Shown piece after piece: positions 38,401 to 49,111 of a stretch of 64,000 bases of DNA. The stretch's first letter is position 1; each line of letters opens with the position of its first letter. The DNA is from Magallana gigas. Its lineage: Eukaryota. The stretch covers positions 23,498,001 to 23,562,000 of the forward strand of contig NC_088855.1 of the NCBI RefSeq assembly GCF_963853765.1, written 5' to 3'. The position numbers were made by a program, and so were the translations under genes. Below the pieces are notes generated by a model. The model was given only the letters and a program-made list of their open reading frames with translations. It was not told the DNA's origin and searched no databases.

Positions 38401-38676
38401 TTACTCTTGTACAGAGTGGTCGTTATTCAGACAACCGACAAAAAGAAATCTCGTTCGTCTGGGTTGACTACGCGAGAAAAGAGTGTAGAGGAGCTCCAAT
38501 CTAAGAGCAATATTGAAGTTCACAACCTTCTCCACTCCAGCAAAAGTGCTCCAAACGTGTCCATAATCAACGGCAATTCGGCGTTCCGTTCGTTTGACAG
38601 CCTGCCCATTGACGTCACCACTGATGTCATCGTTGGAGTCGAAGGATTAGTGGACGACACAAATCGTAATCTGTAG
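32450..38676 (+). CDS. TMEM26: Transmembrane protein 26-like
   Basis: Exons 32450-32640, 36864-37041, 37729-37932 and 38095-38676 join in frame. Motifs: [88 protein letters not shown]. Confidence 0.92.
34733..34889. mobile_element. Short imperfect palindromic element
   Basis: AACAATAAAAAGCTTTCTTT...AAAGAAAGCGTTTTATTGTT with a central CCGCGTTAGCGG hairpin. Confidence 0.55.
34894..35637. repeat. Interleaved inverted-repeat element A-B-C-B'-A'-C'
   Basis: A (34894-35040, itself a hairpin) and B (35041-35152) recur inverted at about 35263-35529. C (35154-35262) recurs inverted at 35528-35637. Confidence 0.8.
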
Positions 38677-40230
38677 GAACTAATAGCTGGGAACACGACG
38701 TGACTTAACCATCAAAATATGTATTAATGTTTGAATTAACTTATCATCACTCATGAATCGGGCACTGATTGTTTTGACATTGAAGTCAGTTGAATTAGAA
38801 TAGCCATTTCTGACATTGTATTTCTAAGACATGTTTTCAACTCAATGTGTTATACGTTTAATCGACATCAACTTTACCTATTTATCAGCTGAATTAAGAC
38901 TAAACAATGACTTGCAGCCTCAGAAGCCACTGGTTTAGAGTATCACTGTTAGTTTTTTGTTGAGATTTTCAATAAAAAAAAACTTTGGCTTTTGTGATTT
39001 GTAGCGTATCAACAAATTAAGGATTTCGTCAATTTCGGATGAATCAAAAGATAGTTTCTGGTTCCTGCTTATCTAACGAGACTTCATTCCACAATTTACT
39101 CAGTTTATTTTTTGACAGTTATATGTTTTAAAAACAAGTTTCATTTTTTTTTACACAAGGTATTTTTTGATGCAGATCAAAACGTGTACATGTATCTTAT
39201 AGTTAGCACCATGCAAAATAAATTCAAGTTGCAAGATCAAAACGCTTTGACATATTGAGGTCATTTCCATGTAAATAGTTGTAAACAACAATTGGATGAA
39301 CTCAACACAATGTGGCACATTCATTGAGAACAATTCTATGTAACCGAAATTACACGGGGAGGAACCAAGACATCAATTTTTTTTTTGGGGGGGGGGGGGT
39401 AGCCTCGTTACCATGGTAACAAAAACTAAAGATGGAAAAATTTTCATTGTCATAATTTATAAAGATATTTTTTTCTATTTAGATGTTTTGGAAACAAATT
39501 GACAACGTTCAAACTAAACATTACAAACTAAAAAGATCGTCAAATCATTTGAATTGAGTTATAATTGTTTCGAACAATAACTCTCCCATTCGATGCACGC
39601 GTTCATTTTTTTTAATGCACGCAATAATTCAATCATTGAGAGCAATATCTTTTTTTAAAAAGCATAAAACTCATGCAGTTTACAATCATTAGAATCACTT
39701 CTTCAAATGGTTGAAATTCAATGTCTCTTTCAAAGGAATCGATGCATGCATTTATTAAAAGGGTGATATCACCGAACTACTTGAGATGTATTCATGGTTC
39801 TCCTCACGTCGCTTGTGTTTGTCGCCTCTGTCCAATTAGATAATCAAAGTATTGAAAATTCTTATAGTAAGAAATGTATGAGCACTACTGATTCATTTTT
39901 AAAGTTTTATTTTCATTAATTTTCACAGTGTTTATGGGTCTTATTAATAAAGACTGTAAATATTTCATTTATTTTAGGCTATATTTTTGTTTTTACCATA
40001 CTGTATAATTTGAAAATAATCTTATTATATAAAGTTGTAAATGAATAATTTTGATATCTCAACATTTTCAGTGCGTCTAAAACACCAGAAATACCGCTCT
40101 TACGTTAACGAAATTAACCATTAGATTTACATTAAAACCTTTCCTTAAGTTTTAAACTATTATTTAGTATTAAAAAAAATCCATAATTTTTTTGATTTTA
40201 AGAGTTTGAATGTTTTCCTATATCTTTATA

Positions 40231-40340
40231 CAATCGCAACTTCTCGGGACTTTCCGGCAGGCTCGGAAAAACACCTCGAATATATTAACATTACAGGTGG
40301 TTTTCCGAGCCTGCCGGAAAGGCCCGAGAAGTTGCGATTG
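40231..40340. mobile_element. 110-bp MITE with 46-bp TIRs and 10-bp flanking duplication
   Basis: TATCTTTATA|CAATCGCAACTTCTCGGG...CCCGAGAAGTTGCGATTG|TATCTTTATA; 2 mismatches between the arms. Confidence 0.8.
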
Positions 40341-41186
40341 TATCTTTATACAGAACTCTCCTGTTCAGGAGATTTGTATGGTCTAAAAATGTCCAAGACC
40401 ATCTAGTTCATTTAAGTTTTGACCGGATGAAGGTTGTATTGAACATTTTTTTTCCGAAAATATATTACTTTCAATATATTCCGTTCCGTGGACATTGACC
40501 TTCCGGTTTTTATACACGTCACAATTAACGTACGAGTACCAGCTGTGAGCATTCCCCCGGGACACACGGTTTTAATTTCTAAAACCTAAACGATCATAAG
40601 TCACAATAACAAAAATTTCTAAATTATGAACAAAACACTGAAAACAGCATAGCATACAATTAAAAACCAGTCTTAACAAAACGACAACTTTGTTTTAATT
40701 ACTACATCAGCACACCATGTTGAGTCCATCAATTAAAACAAGTTGATTTTTAAACAGCTATAATTAATATCCAGAAAAGTGATGTGTTTTCAATTTTTGT
40801 AATTCGTTTTTTTGTTTTGTTTTTATTTTTTTGTTTTTTTTTTGTTGCTTTCATTGATTATATAATTAGTTTTTTATTTAAATAAATTTGTTAATATTGG
40901 GGGAGAATTGATAAAATTATTTGGGCTTTTTAAAAATCAATATTATTTTGTTAATCCTCAGGGAAAAATAATTTTGTTAACTCACGGGTGGAGTCTATAA
41001 TTGGTAACTTTCTATATGAATTTAACTAAATACATGTATGTTTTTTTTATTCAACTGAGAGCCAAGTCTATTGATCCCTCTCCTGTCACGAGTCAGGAAT
41101 TAGCATGACGTCACAATGAAAGTCACATGGTATAACGTCATAATCAAAACGACGAAGTCACTATCACTATAGCATATACAGAGGAG

Positions 41187-43482
41187 ATGGCAGGTAATGA
41201 AAATTGCATAGTTGTCATCAAATATTGCATGTCTGTACATAAACATTATATCTTAAATGTGGTTGTAGAAGACATCTTCTGTTTCAGATCACAGTAAAAT
41301 GGAGTCAAAATCAGATATTGGAAACGGTCCAGTTATCAATATGGTATGTACAACTGCGTTTTTAAAATACATGCATACATTAAAAATTCATAAAGTCGCA
41401 ACGGAATTAAACAACCACTTTTGTCTTTGACTTATCTAGGAACGGGTTCCAATCACAAAGGGCCAGGAGATTCAACGTTCAGATGAAAAGAGAGCGAATA
41501 ATATTGGAAATGGAGAAATCCAACGTCGGTTTAAGAATATTCCTGTATTGGAGGAAAGAAGACTCCTTGCGCTAGAAAGGCATATCAAGCGTAAACGGAG
41601 GAGACGGCCGTACGTTAAAAAGATGAAGAATCTGGACAAAACAGGGCACCAACTTGACAAAACCATGGCGTCTTCCAATGGAGAAATGGCAGACGACCCT
41701 GGGGCGTTTGATTTAAAGGATGAGAGGATACAAGTTTCTGAAGGGGAAGGAAGAGAAGGTTGCATTCTGAATAAAATCGTGGGTACGAGGATGCCAGCTT
41801 TAGAAAAATATGAGGAGAATCAAATTGATCTTCAAATAAAACACGAACTGATCGAAAATGTTGAAGCTCAATCAACAAAGATGGAGGTAGGAAAAGATAA
41901 GGAACAGAGTGTGCAATTTGATAAGTTGGTTAAATACTTACTTGACGGAGTAAAATTAGATTTACTGAATATAGTGGAAGATGAACTAAACGGTAAGAGG
42001 AAAGAGGTTGAGGAGGAAGGTAAAATAAAAAAGGATGAAGGGGCTGGTATGGAGGTGAAGCAAGAAAACGAAGAAAATTTAACTGCCGTGAAGGAAGTCA
42101 ACACTTCGCCGCCTAAAGATGCTTGGATGGAAGTAAATCGTGTAAATGACAGAAACTTGAAGAAAGAAAAAGAAAACCTTCAAAATGAAGGGCATATCAA
42201 ATGTTCGGAGAGAGCAAAGGACCCTGAAACCCAAACTGATCATATCAGGTAATTTCTCTTTTACTGCATCATTAATTGGATTCAGTAACTTACATGTACG
42301 AATTTTATTTCATTCTTTAATCTTCTTGCTTCAAAAATTAAAATTCATTTCATGTTGGTTTTTTTAATCAGAAATGTATGAATAAATTAACAACAATGAA
42401 GCAATTCAGCATAAAAGTACAGACAACATTTGCAATTATTGATTGAAATCCGATTTGAAATCTTTTACATTTCTTTTCAGAGTTGAAAATCCGGGACAAA
42501 GTAGTTCTGGGCCAAAGGAACCTAAACCAAAAGATTCCGAATCGGAAGCCATCAAATCAAATGAACTGGTAAAAGATGGAAGAGATAATGAAAAGACTAA
42601 TACCGATATAAGAAACAAGGTATTTACATATTCTGATTATTTAACATTTTGTCAAGAAATATATGAAAACTTCATAATACTGTTATGAGATATTTATATC
42701 CAAAGTCTTGTTTAATTTGAAAAGTAGGAAGAAGACGATATCATTTGGTCTTAATTACACTGAAATCTATATACATTAGTGGGAAAGTTTTTGGTCCATG
42801 TTTTATTTTTTTATAACTTCATCCACTGAAATAAGACTATTCAGTTTTGACACCGATAAAAAATGTTTACCTTTTCTTTTAATTTTTAGCTTGTCCTCGA
42901 TGACAATGAAAATGATGATGAGGAAGATGACGATGAAGGCTTTATGCCGAGAAAACTATTTTTCTTTAGTTTTTCTGAATTTAAGGTATTTCTTTACGTC
43001 TATATACTATTTGCAAATCTTTATTTCACTGCAAATATATACAACAGAATTAATTGTTTGATTACACACTACTACTGTACATAATACTAGTGTATAGGTT
43101 GAGAACTGAATTATTCGTACTTTTATAAGGAATAAGGAATTATTCTTTGAGTATTATGAGGTGATAATTTCGGTCGGGGCGTGATCAAATCCAATAAAGC
43201 AAGAAGGGCTTTATGAAAGAATAATTCCTTATTCCTTATAAAAGTACGAATAATTCAGTTCTCAACCTATACACTAGTATTATGTACAGTGTCATTTGAA
43301 GTTATGGGTTTTATAGTACAAAATCGATACGTAGTGTTATCACAGGCAAAGGCACTGGAAAATGTAGATACATGAATTTAAATTCAGCGTTAATGACTAC
43401 ACCTTGAACATGTAAATGAAATATACATGATGTTTTTCATTTCTTTTTGTTTTTGTTTTAGAAAGAAGAAACCTCTGCATAA
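41187..43482 (+). CDS. Hypothetical low-complexity Glu/Lys-rich protein, 375 aa, no recognised domain
   Basis: Exons 41187-41193, 41288-41343, 41440-42248, 42481-42619, 42890-42985 and 43462-43482 are all GT-AG and phase-consistent (1128 nt including TAA). Contains KRKRRRRP and an acidic DDNENDDEEDDDE tract. TGACGTCA at 41106-41113 upstream; AATAAA near 43565. Confidence 0.75.
43074..43290. mobile_element. MITE with 75-bp perfect inverted repeats
   Basis: 43074-43148 is the exact reverse complement of 43216-43290; 67-bp spacer. Confidence 0.85.
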
Positions 43483-44586
43483 TGGAAGAATAAGAATTAT
43501 CAGGAAAAACAGCATTCCACTTCATCACCCGGTTAATTTGTTATATATTGAGCACTACGAGTTTAATAAATAAAATACTAGTATGTTTTGTTGACTGTAG
43601 TTGGCTATTTTTTTTTTTATCTAAGATCTGTTGGCACTTGATTCCTTAGAATACAATATCAAAACATTCTTTCTTTTAGGATTTATGTCCGTATAAAGGT
43701 AGCGAACAATACAGATAAAAACAGATAACCTGCATCAGCAATGATCGCTAACTTCATACACACATGATCCATCAAATATTGCATAAACCCCCAAGAAAAA
43801 AGAAATAAGCTGAATCTTTATATTTGCATTCCGAATCTCTCCTTGGTCACTGTCTAAATTAATTTTATGAAATAAAAGTTTATTTGAACGGACTAAAAAC
43901 TGTAAACGTGCCATTCCTTGGGGGGGGGGGGGGGGGGGAGGGGGGGATCTTCTCAATACAAGTTCGACATTGTGATGTTTTTATAATTCATCCCTTGTCC
44001 ATACATATTTTCTTATGTCGTCATTTCTATTGTCGTAATAAAATCATAGATTGAGACAATCACATCTGAGAACAGCTGATTTAATGGCAACATTCAGAGT
44101 TTCACCGATGACATCCTCAGAAGCACCAATCGTCACCCAAAGAACGCAAAGCATAACTCTCTCTCTCTCTCTTTCTCTCTTTACTTCCTCATTTGGATAC
44201 CTTAGATTTGTTATAGTTAAAATTATATTCTAGCAGCTCTCAGCATTTATTTTTTAAATTTGGGAAGGACTCCGAAACGAAAGTTGATTTCTGTTAGAAA
44301 ACATACTCCAAAAAGGAGTTTGGCGCCTGGGCACTTATATCAAAACAACTCATTTTTACGCGAAAACAGGGCTCTTAGGAAATTACAACATGAAATCGTG
44401 GACTTAATACTCAGTAGATGTAAATCTTTGTTTATGAATAACAGTAACAATCTCCTTATTTATTCAAAGAACTATAATTATATACACCTGTAGCAAGCGA
44501 TTGCATAAATCTACGAGTGAATTTTCAAATAAACTACAAAGAGGCATTAATATCATACATGTAAAATTTTTACAACATACAAAATT

Positions 44587-47500
44587 TTATTTAATTTTAA
44601 GATATTTTGCGAAAGCCAGCATCGTGGTAGAATATGTATAAGCGTCAGAGGACCAAAAAGGGAAAAACCCTGTGGGAGAACCTCGAGGGTTAAACCCGGG
44701 AAAATCTATGGGGGTTTTCTCGCCAAAGTGTCTTTGGGAAAGCAGGATGTTATATTGTTCATCTGACAAGGTCCCCTCGAATCCGACCAGGAAGAGTCCG
44801 TCTGGAAACATGTCGTCATTGAAACTGGTTCCGTTCAGATATTCCTTCCGGTTGGCTGGATACCAAAATGGCAAACTCTGTAAAAGGTTCAAAAGATGTA
44901 AGAGAAATATATACGAGTAGTTTAAAATTTATGAAATACTTACGTTCTTAAGGTAAATAACAATGACGTTAAATAGTGGAAAACGTGATAGAGCCGAACA
45001 GACATACACGTACAAATGTAAGGAAATGCAAAATAATTTGATACGGAGACGAGTCAAAGAATTTAGAATGTTTATTGAAACAACATTAATCAGAATGTTG
45101 GAAGTACAAAAAACGGCCGTAAGAAGAAGTAATGTTAATATCGTTGCATCAAAATTTACCACTTCACGAGTTACTTCATCAATTCGAAACGCAGATCATT
45201 TCTTGTGAAAGTGATTTTCTATAGCTATTGTAAAAACTGAATATGAATATTTTACCATTGACTCAAGGAAGTATGTTGCTGTCTATCAGTTTGCCTAATG
45301 TATTATATGTGATTGTGTGAAAATGCGATTCTTTGCAAAATTACCGCTTGTCCCTTCCCAGAACCCGAGAAAAAAGCGTTCCAGGGCTTGAGATGTGTAC
45401 CAAGGATGTTATCGTTCAACCATCTCACGCTTTGTTGAATTGTTTCGTTTACCGAGCTGGGTGTGTCTGACAATGATACAAACATACTTTTTGTAACAGA
45501 AATGCCTATCAAACAGGAGGCAAATCAATTAAGATTTATAAACACATGTTTTGTTCATAATAACTTGTACATAAGAGCATCCTCCAAAAGAAAAAAATAA
45601 CATTGCTGAATTGTAAATTCAATGCGTGGATTTTTTTTTTAAATTTCAGAAATATATATGGTTAAGTTAGATGTTGCAAAGATCTCAGAATTTAAAGTTA
45701 AAATCACATGAGCACAACTTACTATTCAAGAAAGCAAGTGTATCGCCCTCTGTTGACGTCCAGATATTTATAAGTGTGTTAACGGCCATTGATGTCGTAA
45801 ACAGCCTATCTTCTGCATATTTCTGGGGGAAAAAATCCAAGATGATTAAATGAATTTTCTATCTATTTTATCAATGTTGTTTCAAAATGAAATCCAATTT
45901 AGCACTTTCGAAAGGATTATAATCCTTACAATAGCATTTCCTTTTATGTCAAAATCCCCGTCTCCCAAAAAGTCGTCAAAATATATTCCTCCATCTGCCG
46001 ACTTACTGGCTTCTTGTAAAATGTCCGCAGTTACTTTGTTCCTCATAGCACCCTCTAGCTTTTGCAACACATCCTCTAGCATCTAATAATTGAAAGACTA
46101 AACCCATCAAAATGACATTCATTCATATTTCTAGCTCATTGGTACTTGTTTTAAAGTTATAAGATAAATTAATTAAATGTCATAGAAATCGGTTAGTATG
46201 ACACAGACTGCAGCTATAGCAAAAGAAATGAAAGACGTAAAGAAAAACAAACTATCCATATTCAGATTAGCCAAATGAATCTATGTGGTACCTTGAGAGA
46301 AAGAGGTGCCTTTTTGTAGAAATCTCGTAGAATGGTCAATGTTCTGGACGTAAACCAAAAACACTCTAGTTTGGACGGATAATACGTCAGAGCCAAGTCT
46401 CGCCGAGACGAGAAGTTTCCCGTGATTTCGTAGATGATCAGATCCACGGTATCTTTGTAAATATGCTACAAAAATACCAGAATTCCTTGGATTAAATATT
46501 AATTTCATGTGAATCTTAGTATTGTCTAGAAGAACAAAGCAACTTTTCGTCTCAAACCTGGATATCACTGTCAAAATCAGTGGGCTTAAACAGGCCAGAG
46601 AGCAGAGCAGACGTCAGGCCGTTTACAGTGTTAGCTGCAACCGTGACGTCAACGTTATTGACGAAGAACGGCATGGCGACACCTTTATCGCTCAGCGCCA
46701 TTGCCTCATCCACATTCTGAATCTATAAAACATCAACAACATGGATATATCTGTGTACTCGATTATGGGAACATCCATCACGCACATCCCTTCTCTGCAG
46801 TGTATCAGTTGACTGGCACATTAAAGTAGCGTTGCAAAGTGTTGGAAAACGCAGTTATCGAAAATGGTTTTAAAATTCAATTGGCCTCACAATCTTTCAT
46901 ACATCATCCTCTGAGTAGAGTAAAATTCTCAATAGACGCATCGCTGGCCAAACTTTAGTTAGTAAGAACAAACATGTCTTACCTACAAACTTATTTTTTT
47001 TTTGCAATTCAAAGGAATTGATGGGATGGACTTTTTAGCTTCTTTAGCTTACACAAAACACTAAAACCTTTCAATTTAGCTTACCCATGTCGGGACAAAT
47101 GCAGCATCTGTTTTATTTGTGGCGGCCAAAAACTTGTGAAGATAGAAGTAGGTTCTGGGATCAATGGTGTTAACACGAGTGTTGTTAGAGTGGGGTCTGT
47201 AGGCGTATCTCTTCAGCGCGTGCAGGACCGAGGTAAGGTTTGAATTTGTGGATTGCCATTTTGCAAACAAATCACTGTAACCTGGAATTTCCTTCAACAA
47301 TGAACCAAGTCCAATATTGACAAAGGTATCGTCAAAATCTGGTGGAATGTGGAAGGCTGCAGCGAACATATCTCTGTGAAAAGGCAACAAATCCGTTATA
47401 TTCATTTCATCAGGCATAAAGCACCGTTTTTCAAAGTGAAGAGACCAACTGGCTTGTATGTTTATTTTTCTATAGTTAATTATATAGGTTAAAGGAACAT

Positions 47501-48490
47501 TTTTTTCTTAAAAATATAGGAGGGACAAGACCTCCATTTTTTAAGTATTTATTTTCTTGCTTAAGGTCTACATGTACTAACTTTTCGTGCAGTAGATGGT
47601 CCATGACTGTTGCTATGTCACCGAGGCCCATCAGCTTCAGTAACTCTTCCACAGATTTCACCGGAAACTTGTCCGATAGCTGGAAGAGCTGTAACAGATT
47701 TTCCGGGGTACTCTGCCATTTTTTGACGGTATCGTTGTATAGCTGAGGCCAAAACGTCATCACCGATGTGTTGTAATTCACGTTCTTGTCGTGATATTTT
47801 CCTACAAAAACGATGTCATATATCGCATGTCATAAAGTAAAATAATGAAATGCAGTTTGTATAGTTATCTCTTTACAGTTTAACATGCATAGAAGGTAAG
47901 GGTAATGTCAATTTTAAGAAGTCTTGCAAGAATTGGCAAAAGTTTGGAAACTTCAAACTTTTTTAATATTTAGTTGGTAAATTTTAATGCTTAATGCCCA
48001 TATAACTTATTTTGCAGGACAAAGTACTAGTATTATATTTCACAGTGTTTGTGTCGCACTATAATGTACATGTGAACATGAATTTGAGAAAGAATGAATA
48101 CTGTATACCAATAGCATCCAAAGCTAGATCTATTTGTTCCCTTTTTGGTTTAAACTCTCCACCCAATGCCCGGATCTCTAAAAGACAAGCTGTAATCCAT
48201 GCTGTCACAAACATGTTGTTGTCATTCACGGCAAAGTTCTTGCGGATCGCAACCATTTCTGGAGCTCCATGAAAATTTAATTTGACCACGCTTTCATAAG
48301 TTCCTTTGTCCAGTTTCCAAGGTAACACAAGTGACGATTTCTTATCCTCCTTGGGTTGACGTTCTTCTACCTTGGAACTCAGAGCTACAAGTGTGTCTTT
48401 TATTGTCTTTTTGAACAAAAATCCGTCTGATTTGTCTATAAAAGGAAAAAGAATCACCAACAAAAGTATAAATTGTCCAGGGAAATTCAT
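44587..48490 (-). CDS. Uncharacterised secreted glycoprotein, 631 aa, with DxDD motif; possible class II terpene-cyclase-like (alpha/alpha)6 fold
   Basis: Nine phase-consistent exons (minus strand): 48109-48490, 47582-47801, 47085-47373, 46558-46722, 46292-46465, 45930-46082, 45723-45822, 45345-45466, 44587-44877 (1896 nt). Hydrophobic N-terminus MNFPGQFILLLVILFPFIDKSDG. The confidence value refers to the gene model; the function is inference. Confidence 0.88.
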
Positions 48491-49111
48491 CTTGCCGGTC
48501 TGAAGGTCGCGCCTTATCTGGCAAAGTATTTTGTAACAGACGATCTAGGTGTTTCTAAAGCGTTCATAACAACTAGTACGGAGAATTTGATAATAATTTT
48601 CGGAATATGAGTCTCAGACTTCGATAAATTCTTCGTGAATGGAAACTACAGTCACTTACTATACATTATCTTTACATGTATTTCAATACACTTAACAATG
48701 AGATAATCAAGATGAGAACTGTTAAGTCCAAACCACACCGGACTTTATTGTGCAGGGTCTGTTTTGGAAACTTTACCTCATATTCGGTGATTTTCTGTGA
48801 CATTCGAGATAGGTCTAAAATACACGCAATTAACGTTGGCATTGTAAGTTACATTTCATTTTCTCGTGCACCATCGGGACATGATGGAAAATGTCCCATA
48901 AAACTCTCTTTTTATGATATGCTAATTGAATAAAACACTTTGAACATATTTTTCCAAAATGAATGAATATATGTTCATGCAAGAACTCTTAATATAGATA
49001 CAGTACAACAAATATACATATACCATGATCTTTGACATTATCTTCTATACTGGCACGCCAGTATAGTCAAAATCCATGATCCAATGTTTTTCACGTTTAG
49101 ATGGGAAACAT

